Shown: piece by piece, positions 39,863 to 48,103 of the stretch
Layout of the letters: every line of letters begins with the position of its first letter
Numbering within the stretch: the first letter of the stretch is position 1
Assembly (NCBI GenBank): GCA_049644345.1
Contig: JBARRS010000116.1
Coordinates: 1 to 49,665, forward strand
Source: Gaiellaceae bacterium
Lineage (GTDB): Bacteria; Actinomycetota; Thermoleophilia; Gaiellales; Gaiellaceae
Reading direction: 5' to 3'
DNA length: 49,665 nt
Position numbers and translations under genes: made by a program
The notes under the pieces: generated by a model
What the model saw: only the letters and a program-made list of their open reading frames with translations
What the model was told of the DNA's origin: nothing
The model's database searches: none

Positions 39863-42070
39863 CTAAGACGGCGTAACGCGGTAGGCGTCGAAAACCGCGT
39901 CGACGTTGCGCAGGGCCGTCAACAGCGCGCGCAGCGACTTCACGTCCCCCACCTCGGCGACGTACCAGTTCTTCGCCATCTGGTCCTCGACGTGACCGCC
40001 GTACTCGACGATGTTCGCGCCGTGCTCGGCGAACGTCCGCGCCACGTCCTCGAGCAGGCGCGGACGGTCCCACGAGTCGACCGCGATCTGAACCCGGAAG
40101 CTCTGCGTCGCGCCCCCGTCCCACTCGACCGGAGTGAACCGCTCCGGGTTGCGCTGGAGTGCCTTCACGTTCGTGCAGTCGCCGCGGTGGATCGTGATCC
40201 CCTTGCCGAGCGAGATGTAGCCGACGATCTCGTCGCCGGGAACCGGCGTGCAGCACCGTGCCAGGCGCACGAGGACGTCCTCGACGCCCGCGACCCGGAT
40301 CCCGAGCGTGTCGCCCGCGACTGCGTGCCGCGCCTTCGGAGCCTTCGGGACGGCCTCCTCCTCGGCGACCTCCGCCGTCTTCAGGCCCTGGAGCACCTTC
40401 TTGACGATCTGCGAGGCGGCAAGCTTGCCGGAGCCGAGCGCGACGTAGAAGTCCTCCGCCTTCTTGAAACCGGTCTCGCGGATCACCTGCGCGAGCAGCG
40501 GCGAGCCGGCGAGCTTCTTGTAGGGCAGCTTCTGCTTCTTCAGCGCTTCCTCGAGCGCGTCGCGACCCTTTTTCTCCGTCTCCTCGCGCGTCTCGCGCGA
40601 GAACCACTGGCGAATCTTGTTCCTCGCCCGTGAGGAGGCCGCCAGCGACAGCCAGTCGCGAGAGGGGCCGCGGCCCGACTTGGAGGTCAGGATCTCGACC
40701 CGGTCGCCGCTCTTCAGCCTGTAGTGGAGCGGAACGATCCGACCGTTCACCTTCGCGCCGACGGTGCGGTGACCGACGTCCGTGTGGACCGCGTAGGCGA
40801 AGTCGATCGGCGTCGCGTTCAGCGGAAGCGTCTTCAGCTCGCCTTTCGGGGTGAAGACGAAGACCTCCTCGTCGAAGAACTCGCGTTGCGAGGTGCGCCA
40901 GAACTCGCGCGCGTCGTCCTCGTCCTTGTGGATGTCCATCAGGTGCTTGACCCACTCGGCCCAGCGCTCGTCGATCTTGCCGCCGCGACCGGGCTTGTAG
41001 ACCCAGTGCATCTGGGCTGCGATCCCGTACTCGGCGAGGTCGTGCATCTCGCGGGTCCGCACCTGGATCTCGAGCGGCACGCCGCCCGGCCCGATCACGG
41101 TCGTGTGCAGGGCGCGATAGCCGTTCACCTTCGGCATCGCGATGTAGTCCTTGAACCGGCCGGGCATCGGCTTCCAGAGCGAGTGGATGAGGCCGAGCGC
41201 GCCGTAGCAGTCGCGCGTGCCCTCGTCGCCGAAGCGCTCGACGATCACGCGCATCGCCGTGAGGTCGTAGATCTCGTTGAACTCGCGGCCCTTCTTCGCC
41301 ATCTTGTCGTAGATCGAGTAGAAGTGCTTCGCACGGCCGGAGATGTCGGCCGGAATGTCGACCTTGTCGAGCTCCGCCTGCAGGACGACGGCCGCTTCGT
41401 TGACACGTTCTTCCCGCTCGACGCGGCGCTCGGCGACCATCGCCGTGATCTCGTCGTACTTGCGGGGGTGCAGTCGCTCGAAGGCGAGGTCTTCGAGCTC
41501 CCACTTGAGCTTGTGAATTCCGAGCCGGTGGGCGAGCGGCGCGTACACCTCGAGCGTCTCCTTCGCCTTCTGGAGCTGCTTCTGCTTGCCGAGGTACTCG
41601 ATCGTCCGCATGTTGTGGAGGCGGTCGGCGAGCTTGATCAGGATCACGTCCTTGTTCTGCGCCATCGCGACGATCATCTTCCGGTAGTTCTCGGCCTCCG
41701 CCTGCTCGCGGCTCTGGAACCGGATCCGGGTCAGCTTCGTCACGCCTTCGACCAGCTGCGCGACCTCGTCCCCGAACTCCTCGCGCACCTCGTCGATCTC
41801 GGATTCGGTGTCCTCGACCACGTCGTGGAGCAGCGCGGCGGCGATCGCCTGCTCGTCGAGGCGAAGCTCGGCACAGATCTTCGCGACGCCCCATGGGTGC
41901 TGGATGAAGTCCTCGCCTGAGCGACGCTGCTGGCCCTCGTGGGCGCGCGCCGCGAACCGGAAGGCCCGCGCCAGCAGGTCCCGGTCGACGTCGGGCTTGT
42001 AGGCGACAACGTCGGCCAGCAGCTCTTCGAGCAGCTCTTGATGCTTTTCGGGAGCCTGGAGGACGGTCAC
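39863..42070 (-). CDS. rel: bifunctional (p)ppGpp synthetase/hydrolase
   Basis: 735 aa, GTG start. HD hydrolase (HPWGVAKI..., LLHDVVEDT), synthetase (YRALHTTVIG, LEIQVRTREMH), TGS (VFVFTPKGE), ACT-like C-terminus. Confidence 0.95.
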   Translation of the reverse strand: MTVLQAPEKHQELLEELLADVVAYKPDVDRDLLARAFRFAARAHEGQQRRSGEDFIQHPWGVAKICAELRLDEQAIAAALLHDVVEDTESEIDEVREEFGDEVAQLVEGVTKLTRIRFQSREQAEAENYRKMIVAMAQNKDVILIKLADRLHNMRTIEYLGKQKQLQKAKETLEVYAPLAHRLGIHKLKWELEDLAFERLHPRKYDEITAMVAERRVEREERVNEAAVVLQAELDKVDIPADISGRAKHFYSIYDKMAKKGREFNEIYDLTAMRVIVERFGDEGTRDCYGALGLIHSLWKPMPGRFKDYIAMPKVNGYRALHTTVIGPGGVPLEIQVRTREMHDLAEYGIAAQMHWVYKPGRGGKIDERWAEWVKHLMDIHKDEDDAREFWRTSQREFFDEEVFVFTPKGELKTLPLNATPIDFAYAVHTDVGHRTVGAKVNGRIVPLHYRLKSGDRVEILTSKSGRGPSRDWLSLAASSRARNKIRQWFSRETREETEKKGRDALEEALKKQKLPYKKLAGSPLLAQVIRETGFKKAEDFYVALGSGKLAASQIVKKVLQGLKTAEVAEEEAVPKAPKARHAVAGDTLGIRVAGVEDVLVRLARCCTPVPGDEIVGYISLGKGITIHRGDCTNVKALQRNPERFTPVEWDGGATQSFRVQIAVDSWDRPRLLEDVARTFAEHGANIVEYGGHVEDQMAKNWYVAEVGDVKSLRALLTALRNVDAVFDAYRVTPS

Positions 42071-42103
42071 ACTGAAAGTGTAGACCCGGCCTCTGTCGCC
42101 AAC

Positions 42104-43984
42104 TCAGGCCGCGCGCGGGAGCGGCATCTCCTCGCGCTCGAGCAGCGCCCGGAAGCTCGCAGACTCGAGCAAGTGCCGGCGAGAGCTTGCCTCACCCGGT
42201 TCGAGCTCGAGCTCCGCAAAGACCGACGCCGCCTCGGGCGGCCATGCCTCGGGCCCCTGGTGCCACAGGGCGGCGAGCCACTCGCGGAGCTGGAGGTAGC
42301 GCTCGTCGGCGTCGAAGACCCGCCGGACGACGAGTTGCGGAGCCACCGTCCCGTTCCAGTGGTTCTCCTCGAGCCGGAACGCGACGTCGAAGCGGCCCTC
42401 GCGCCGGAGCCGGTCGAGCTGCCGTCCTTGCCCGAACGCGATCGCCGAGCCTGCGTCCTGGCGGCCGTCCCGGACGCGGAAGCGCAGATGCTTCCCGTCA
42501 CCGACCGGCTGCAGCTCGGCGAGCTCGCAGCCGGCGAGCAGCAGCGTTACGTTCGGGTTGCCGAGGCCGAACGGCGCCAACCGCGCGAGCTCGGCGCACA
42601 GCTCGAGCGTCAGCTCGGAGCCGTGCGCGACGGCGTCGATCACGGTCGAGGGCCGCAGGTCGTCTTCCTCGATCGCCCCGTCGGCGTACGCGGCAAAGGC
42701 CTCGGCGAACGCCTCCAGCCGCTCCGGCGCGATCGTCAGCCCTGCGGCCGCGCGGTGGCCGCCGAAGCGCTCGAGGTGGCTTGCACAGGCGGCGAGCCCG
42801 GCATGGAGGTCGAACGACGCGATCGAGCGGCCGGATCCCTTCCACTCGCGCTCACCGCGCGCGATCAGCACGACCGGCCTGTGGTAGCGCTCCGCGAGCC
42901 GCGACGCGACGATCCCGATCACGCCCTCGTGCCAGTGCTCGTCGGCAAGGACGTAGCCGCGCCGGCGCCGGCGCTCCTCCGGCCACGACTCGATCTGTTC
43001 GACCGCCTCGCGCACGATCCGCTCCTCGACCTGCTGCCGGTCGCGATTCAACTGCTCGAGGTCGCCCGCGAGGCGCGCCGCGGTCTCCTTCTCTTCCGTG
43101 AGGAGGAGCTCCAGCGCTGCCTCCGGCCGGCACAGGCGCCCCGCAGCGTTCAGCCGAGGCGCGAGCCGGAAGCCGACGGCTCCGGCGTCGACGGCGGCGG
43201 GGTCGGTTCGCGCAACCCGCATCAGCTCGCGGAGCCCGGGCTTCTGTGTCCGCTGGAGCTCGCGCAGACCCGCGATCGCGAGCGCACGGTTCTCGTCGAG
43301 CAGTGGGACGACGTCCGCGATCGTCGCAAGCGCAACCAGGTCGAGGTGCGGCTCGAGCGCCTCCTCGCCGACGAGTGCCCGCCCGAGCGTGTAGACGACG
43401 CCCGTACCGCAGAGGTCGCCGAACGGATACGACGAGAGGTAGGGGCCGACGACAGGGCAGTCGGGAAGCGTCTCGCCCGCGCGGTGGTGATCCGTGATGA
43501 CGACCTCGAGACCGAGCTGCCGCGCCCGCGCGACCTCCTCGACCGCCGTGACTCCGCAGTCGACCGTCAGCACCAGCCCGCAGCCCTCCTCGGCGAGACG
43601 CTCGAGTGTCTCGACGCGCAGGCCGTAGCCCTCGTCGAACCGGCTCGGCAGGTGCCACGAGACGTCGGCGCCGAGCCCGCGGAGTACGAGCACGGCGAGG
43701 GAGGTCGCGCAGATGCCGTCCGCGTCGTAGTCGCCGTGGACGCAGATCCGCTTTCCCGCCGAGATCGCCCCGCGGATCGCAGCGCACGCGCCGGAGACGT
43801 CGCCGAGCCCTTGTGGATCGTAGCCCGGACGCTCGCCGGCGAGAAACCGTGCCGCCTCGGTGGGATCGGTATGGCCGCGGCGGACGAGCACGTTCGCCGT
43901 CGTCTCGCTCAGCGAGAGCGCCTGCGCGAGCGCGAGCGCGTCAGCGCGTGAGCATTGTTCGATCTTCCAGCTGCCCTCGGACAC
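42104..43984 (-). CDS. recJ: single-stranded-DNA-specific exonuclease RecJ
   Basis: 626 aa, GTG start. DHH motifs (ICVHGDYDADGICA, TVDCG, VVITDHH), DHHA1 (GGHRAAAGL), C-terminal OB-like region. Confidence 0.92.
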   Translation of the reverse strand: MSEGSWKIEQCSRADALALAQALSLSETTANVLVRRGHTDPTEAARFLAGERPGYDPQGLGDVSGACAAIRGAISAGKRICVHGDYDADGICATSLAVLVLRGLGADVSWHLPSRFDEGYGLRVETLERLAEEGCGLVLTVDCGVTAVEEVARARQLGLEVVITDHHRAGETLPDCPVVGPYLSSYPFGDLCGTGVVYTLGRALVGEEALEPHLDLVALATIADVVPLLDENRALAIAGLRELQRTQKPGLRELMRVARTDPAAVDAGAVGFRLAPRLNAAGRLCRPEAALELLLTEEKETAARLAGDLEQLNRDRQQVEERIVREAVEQIESWPEERRRRRGYVLADEHWHEGVIGIVASRLAERYHRPVVLIARGEREWKGSGRSIASFDLHAGLAACASHLERFGGHRAAAGLTIAPERLEAFAEAFAAYADGAIEEDDLRPSTVIDAVAHGSELTLELCAELARLAPFGLGNPNVTLLLAGCELAELQPVGDGKHLRFRVRDGRQDAGSAIAFGQGRQLDRLRREGRFDVAFRLEENHWNGTVAPQLVVRRVFDADERYLQLREWLAALWHQGPEAWPPEAASVFAELELEPGEASSRRHLLESASFRALLEREEMPLPRAA

Positions 43985-44017
43985 GGGCAGCCAACGTTAG
44001 GTCCGGCGTCGGACGGC

Positions 44018-44139
44018 GTACTAGCGGCCGCACCGGCAAAGCCGGCACGGCCTTTTGCGGTCGGCGTCGCAAGCGAGCGTACTAGCGGCCGCACCGGCAA
44101 AGCCGGCACGGCCTCTTACGGTCGGCGTCGCAAGCGAGC
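44018..44139. repeat. 2 x 61-bp tandem direct repeat, each unit carrying a hairpin
   Basis: Unit 1 (44018-44078) and unit 2 (44079-44139) differ at 2 positions (GGCCTTTTGCGG vs GGCCTCTTACGG). Each has GGCCGCACCGGC AAA GCCGGCACGGCC (9 bp plus a 2x2 internal loop). A partial, degenerate copy of the unit tail is at 44000-44017. Lies between the methyltransferase stop and the recJ start. Confidence 0.85.
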
Positions 44140-44142
44140 GCC

Positions 44143-44772
44143 TTAGTAGAGGTAGGGAACGATTCGGAAGCGCACGCGCCGCCGGTAGTCCCGATACTCC
44201 GGGTCGGCGGAGAGGCACTTCTCCTCCTCGCCGATGCGGATCACCTGCGCCGCGGTGACCGCCCCGAGGATGACCACGTTTCGAACCGAGGGGTTCTCGA
44301 ACAGATATCCGGCCATCGTGACCAGGTAGGCGCCGTAGAGCGGATGGCGAACGATGCCGTACGGTCCGGTGGTCTTCAGGCCGCGGTTTGCGGCCACGAT
44401 CCCGAACGAGCGTCCGAGCGTCAGCAGCGTCAGCATCGCCGCCCCCGCACCCCCGAGCTGGAGCACGAAGTAGAGCGGCTCCAGCCCGCCGACAGGCTCG
44501 TATGCCGGCCGGGCGAAGAGCATCCCGGTGCAGGCAACTGCTGCCGCGCTCCACGCGAGCGGCGCACGGCTGACCGAGATCGGCTGCCGCCTGATGATGT
44601 AGAGGATCGCGATCACCAGCTCGAGCTCCATCGGCCCGAGCCCGACGGGACGACCAGTCGGGGCCCACTGGCGGAGGTTCGCAACGAAGAAGTAGGCCCA
44701 AAGGGTGCCGAAGACACTCGTCGAGAGCACCCAACCCCACCCCGCGCGGCGGCGACGCAGTCGTTCTCTCAC
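44143..44772 (-). CDS. isoprenylcysteine carboxyl / phospholipid methyltransferase-family membrane protein
   Basis: Track ORF 44143..44964 trimmed to GTG at 44772, the only canonical start after the upstream gene's stop. Multi-TM. C-terminal signature TTGPYGIVRHPLYGAYL...EEEKCL...YRDYRRRV. Confidence 0.7.
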   Translation of the reverse strand: MRERLRRRRAGWGWVLSTSVFGTLWAYFFVANLRQWAPTGRPVGLGPMELELVIAILYIIRRQPISVSRAPLAWSAAAVACTGMLFARPAYEPVGGLEPLYFVLQLGGAGAAMLTLLTLGRSFGIVAANRGLKTTGPYGIVRHPLYGAYLVTMAGYLFENPSVRNVVILGAVTAAQVIRIGEEEKCLSADPEYRDYRRRVRFRIVPYLY

Positions 44773-44834
44773 ATCAACGGGATCGGAAGTCCACCACCGG
44801 GCCTTAACTGCCGGACGGGGGATCGGGTTCCGAT

Positions 44835-45116
44835 CTACTCCCGCGGGAGCTGGACGCCGAGCACGGTCAAGCCTGCGATCAGCGCCGCCACCGCGATGCC
44901 GATCCCGGCGAGCAGGTACGGCCGCCGCTGGCCCCTCAGCGACTCGAGCAGGATCCGCGTCCACAGAACACCGAGGCCGACGATCGCGCCGGCACCGGTG
45001 ACGAGCACGGGGGCGAGCAGCACCGCCCGTCCCAGCGGCAATTCGAGCAGCCAGACCGCGAGCGCGACGAGGCCGCCGGTCGCAAGCGCCGAGAGCGCCG
45101 CGGCGCGAAGACTCAC
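44835..45116 (-). CDS. hypothetical 93-aa three-TM membrane protein
   Basis: Track ORF 44835..45677 trimmed to GTG at 45116 (VSLRAAALSALATGGLVALAVWLLE...). Beyond 45116 the frame runs antisense to the better plus-strand ORF 45144..45599. Confidence 0.45.
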   Translation of the reverse strand: MSLRAAALSALATGGLVALAVWLLELPLGRAVLLAPVLVTGAGAIVGLGVLWTRILLESLRGQRRPYLLAGIGIAVAALIAGLTVLGVQLPRE

Positions 45117-45143
45117 GTACGGGATGCTAGTTATCCTCGCCTC

Positions 45144-45599
45144 GTGCCCGAGGCGAACTACACATCCGGCGAGGACTACGTCGTGGAGTTCCTTCGCTAC
45201 CGCTTCGGCTTCAACGCCACCGACTTCGCCGAGCGGGTCACCGCTGCGGCCGTAAGGCTCGGGCTGATCGGCGTCAACGAGCTGGACGACGACGAGACGG
45301 CCGACCTCGTCGAGCTCGTCGCCGACGGCCGGATCGTCGAACCGCGCAGCGGCCTCGGACAGTACCTCGTGCGTCATTGGGAACGCCTGTCGCTCGTCGG
45401 CGGCGAGTCGCTCGTCTACTGGCTGCGCAAGCTCGTCTTCCGCGGCGCCTGGCTCGACCACTGGGTCAAGGACGGGCGGCTCGAGGTCTCGTGGGAGGAC
45501 GAGTCGGGCGAGTTCGCATACCTCGACCCGCGCGGCGAGCGCGTGCTGCTCGAGCTCGCGCCGCATCCTTCGTGGCACGAGCTCCAGTTCAGGCGCTGA
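45144..45599 (+). CDS. hypothetical protein
   Basis: 151 aa, GTG start. Balanced, protein-like composition (EDYVVEFLRYRFGFNATDFAERV..., HWVKDGRLEVSWEDESGEFAYLDPRGE). No family recognised. TAGTTA lies 10 nt upstream of the start. Confidence 0.55.
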   Translation: MPEANYTSGEDYVVEFLRYRFGFNATDFAERVTAAAVRLGLIGVNELDDDETADLVELVADGRIVEPRSGLGQYLVRHWERLSLVGGESLVYWLRKLVFRGAWLDHWVKDGRLEVSWEDESGEFAYLDPRGERVLLELAPHPSWHELQFRR

Positions 45600-45601
45600 C
45601 C

Positions 45602-45767
45602 TAGGAGGGTTTGGCGGAACGGTGCTCGTCGTCGGGGTGCGATGCTCGTTCCGAGGCAAGGACGCAGGGAGCGTCAATAGCCAAAGCTATTGACGCGACT
45701 GAGGACGCAGCATCGGGGCGAGCAGCGCGGCACGACGACACAGACTCTGTTTCGTCAAACCCTCCTA
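45602..45767 (+). repeat. ~166-nt concentric imperfect palindrome (long stem-loop) filling the convergent gap
   Basis: Outer arms TAGGAGGGTTTG (45602-13) / CAAACCCTCCTA (45756-67) extend to 21 pairs using 3 G.U-type pairs that are valid only in the plus-strand RNA. Inner blocks: GTG/CAC + TCGTCGT/ACGACGA, then GATGCT/AGCATC. The apical perfect 11-bp hairpin is GCGTCAATAGC CAAA GCTATTGACGC (45671-96). Confidence 0.8.
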
Positions 45768-46955
45768 ACCCAGCCCGCTGCTCGAATAGGGGAAGCCGGC
45801 CGGAGCATGGGCGCCTCTGACGACGTGCCTGCGCATCGCGGTGTCGCAGATCGCGTAGCCCCAGTTGATCAAGCGCTCTTGCTGGACGTCGCCGAGCGAT
45901 CCCAGCCGCGTCTTCACCTCCGCCAGCCGCAGCGTCGCCTCCTCCGGACACCGAAGCGCGTCCGGCAGCCCGTAGTCGCGGACATGGCTGCGGATCCCCC
46001 AGTACGTTCCGTTCCTGAGGTGCGCCTTGAAGCCGTCGATCGCCTGCCGTTTCCGCAAACTCCGAACCTGATTGTCGATGACGCCGAGTACCCGGTAGAG
46101 CTGGAGAGGCCAGAAGCGGTGCGGCCGCCGCTCCGGCTTCATGTGGCCGCCTGCGTCACTGACGAGCACTGTGCGGAAGCCCTTCCAGGCCGGCTCGAGA
46201 CCGAGGTTGTCGTAGACACCCCCGTCGGTGAGCACGACCTCTCGGCGGAAGGACTCGTTGTTCAGATCGTCGCCCGAGCCCGGCACGAACTGCGAAGGCT
46301 CGAACTTCAGGACGATCGGCGAGAGGAAGGGCGGAAACGCCGAAGAGGCGGCGACGGCGAGCGCCAGCTGCGTGTGGGGATGTCGGATCTCGCCGACGCG
46401 GTAATCCCAGAGGTACGGCTTCGAGAAGCGCCAGAGCACGCCTGACTGGAGGCTCGTCGCGTTGAACACGAACCGTGGCCGCGTCGGGAGGTCGTGCAGC
46501 GTCGCCTCCCTGAATAGATGCCGTCGGTACGACGCCGTGATGCGGTTCCCGATCGATCCCGGCAAAAGGATGCCGAGCAGAATCGCCGGGTAGTCGATCG
46601 TGTGCCGGGCGAGAGCGCGGATGGGCGCAACGAGCTCGTTGCCGAAGTTCTCGGCCACGCCCGCGCGGTCGAACCGAAGCGCTTGCCAGTGATGGGCCAG
46701 CACGCCGGCCGTGATCGAGCCGCCGGAGACGCTTGAGACGCAGTCCAGCCGAGGCAGCCAGCCGAGCTCGTTCAGGCGCCAGAGGGCGCCCAGATGGAAC
46801 AGCATCGCGCGGTAACCGCCCCCCGACAGACAGAGCGCGACGCGGTCCTCGGGCTCGTCGACACGTTCCTTCTCGCCGGGCGCGGCGGGCACGGCGGCAT
46901 GGACGGGCGCAGCTGCACGCTCGAGCGCTTCACGGCGGCTCGGTTCTGACGGCAC
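45765..46955 (-). CDS. patatin-like phospholipase
   Basis: 396 aa, GTG start. Oxyanion CLSGGGYRAMLFHLG, nucleophile elbow VSGGS, catalytic Asp motif TDGGVYDNLG. Confidence 0.88.
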   Translation of the reverse strand: MPSEPSRREALERAAAPVHAAVPAAPGEKERVDEPEDRVALCLSGGGYRAMLFHLGALWRLNELGWLPRLDCVSSVSGGSITAGVLAHHWQALRFDRAGVAENFGNELVAPIRALARHTIDYPAILLGILLPGSIGNRITASYRRHLFREATLHDLPTRPRFVFNATSLQSGVLWRFSKPYLWDYRVGEIRHPHTQLALAVAASSAFPPFLSPIVLKFEPSQFVPGSGDDLNNESFRREVVLTDGGVYDNLGLEPAWKGFRTVLVSDAGGHMKPERRPHRFWPLQLYRVLGVIDNQVRSLRKRQAIDGFKAHLRNGTYWGIRSHVRDYGLPDALRCPEEATLRLAEVKTRLGSLGDVQQERLINWGYAICDTAMRRHVVRGAHAPAGFPYSSSGLG

Positions 46956-46982
46956 GCGTCAACTATGAACGATGAGCGGGGC

Positions 46983-47034
46983 TTGACACTCGACCCAGCG
47001 TAAGCCTAGACTTACGTAAGTGATGGCTTACGTA
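46983..47034 (+). promoter_or_regulatory. consensus-like promoter (TTGACA-18-TAGACT) with overlapping 12-bp palindrome ACTTACGTAAGT and repeated CTTACGTA
   Basis: -35 at 46983-88 and -10 at 47007-12. The perfect palindrome at 47010-47021 overlaps the -10 and the GTG/ATG at 47020/47023. CTTACGTA recurs at 47027-34, and an inverted CGTAAG is at 46999-47004. Confidence 0.5.
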
Positions 47035-47337
47035 GGCGCAATGGACGCGTTGGGCGATGCGACGAGGCGGGCGATCTTCGAGCGCCTGCGAGAGGGCCCG
47101 CTCGCAGTCGGCGAGATCGCAGCGGGCCTTCCTGTCAGCCGCCCGGCCGTCTCCCAGCACCTGCGCGTGCTGAAGGAGGCGGGGCTCGTGACCGAGCGTC
47201 GCGAGGGGACGCGGCGGCTCTATCGGCTGGACCCCGGCGGTCTGGCGGACCTCCGCGGTTACTTCGACCAGTTCTGGACGGCCGCCCTCGACGACTTCAA
47301 GGCGGCGGCCGACATGCAAGAGAGGAGGAAGCGATGA
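47020..47337 (+). CDS. ArsR/SmtB-family transcriptional regulator (probably leaderless)
   Basis: 105 aa. LGDATRRAIFERLREGPLAVGEIAAGLPVSRPAVSQHLRVLKEAGLV...GTRRLYRL is the ArsR wHTH. The start is GTG 47020 or ATG 47023, 8-11 nt after the -10. Confidence 0.88.
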   Translation: MMAYVGAMDALGDATRRAIFERLREGPLAVGEIAAGLPVSRPAVSQHLRVLKEAGLVTERREGTRRLYRLDPGGLADLRGYFDQFWTAALDDFKAAADMQERRKR

Positions 47338-47786
47338 GCGCACAGGCGCAGGATCTGACCGTCCGAAAGAGCGTGACGGTGAACTGCCCACCCGAGCAGG
47401 CGTTCGAGCTCTTCACCGATGGGCTCGACACCTGGTGGCCGTTCGAATCGCACTCGGTCACCGACGAGCGGCCCGAGAAGGTCGTATTCGAAGGTCGTGA
47501 AGGCGGGCGCGTCTACGACCGTCTAGGTAGCGGCGAGGAGCACGACTGGGCGACCGTCTCTGCGTGGGAACCGCCGAAACGGCTCGTGATCGACTGGCGT
47601 GTGAACCCCAAGAACCCTTCGACGGAGCTGGAGGTGCGCTTCACGGCCGCGGGCGACGGGACCCGTGTCGAGCTCGAGCACCGCGGCTGGGAGCGGTACG
47701 GCGAGCAGGCGGGCGCGTCGTACGACAGCTACAACGGCGGCTGGGACACCGTGCTCGGCCGGTACGTCGAGGCCGGGAGCCGCTAG
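47334..47786 (+). CDS. SRPBCC / Aha1-like (AHSA1) domain protein
   Basis: 150 aa. LTVRKSVTVNCPPEQAFELFTDGLDTWWP..., GWDTVLGRY. ATGA overlap with arsR. This is the common ArsR-SRPBCC pair. Confidence 0.85.
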   Translation: MSAQAQDLTVRKSVTVNCPPEQAFELFTDGLDTWWPFESHSVTDERPEKVVFEGREGGRVYDRLGSGEEHDWATVSAWEPPKRLVIDWRVNPKNPSTELEVRFTAAGDGTRVELEHRGWERYGEQAGASYDSYNGGWDTVLGRYVEAGSR

Positions 47787-48103
47787 CTTGATTCGGGGAG
47801 GGCGAAGCCGAACGAGACGTGCTCTTCGGCCTCGCGCAAGACGATCCGCGCGATCGAGCCGACGGGGACGATCCACTCCTCGGCATCGCCCTCCTCCTCC
47901 GGATGGGGCCGCAGCGAGACGAAGCCGTAGCCCGGCTCAGCAGAGATGGTCTCGAGCATCGCCTGAGGCCCTTCCCGCAGCTCGATCTCGACGACGGCGG
48001 TCCGCCCGGGATGCTCGCGACCGAAGCCTTCGATCAGCCGGTGAACGGCGTCGACGAGCTGATCCTGCGGTCCTGCGGTGCCCGGCAGCCAGAGCCCGGA
48101 CAC
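47783..48103 (-). CDS. hypothetical acidic protein downstream of ruvB
   Basis: 106 aa. The GTG at 48103 shares 1 nt with the ruvB TAG. No domain recognised. The frame has better composition than the overlapping plus ORFs. Confidence 0.5.
   Translation of the reverse strand: MSGLWLPGTAGPQDQLVDAVHRLIEGFGREHPGRTAVVEIELREGPQAMLETISAEPGYGFVSLRPHPEEEGDAEEWIVPVGSIARIVLREAEEHVSFGFALPESS

Noticed and set aside
39768-41894. 708-aa minus ORF and the 398-aa plus ORF (40724..41920) inside rel
   Set aside because: These are alternative and antisense frames of the clearly recognisable Rel protein (39863..42070). Their Arg/Gly/Pro-rich translations have no domain signatures.
41939-43951. 670-aa plus ORF opposite recJ
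   Set aside because: It is antisense to RecJ, which has intact DHH/DHHA1 motifs. The composition is dominated by R/E/L/P/D, as expected for an antisense high-GC frame.
44018-44139. Possible CRISPR array or coding repeat (the track ORFs 43909..44109 and 43955..44146 read through it)
   Set aside because: There are only two directly abutting copies with no unique spacers and no cas genes. The ORFs across it are Arg/Ala/Gly-rich and exist only because of the repeat. I treat it as a non-coding tandem repeat.
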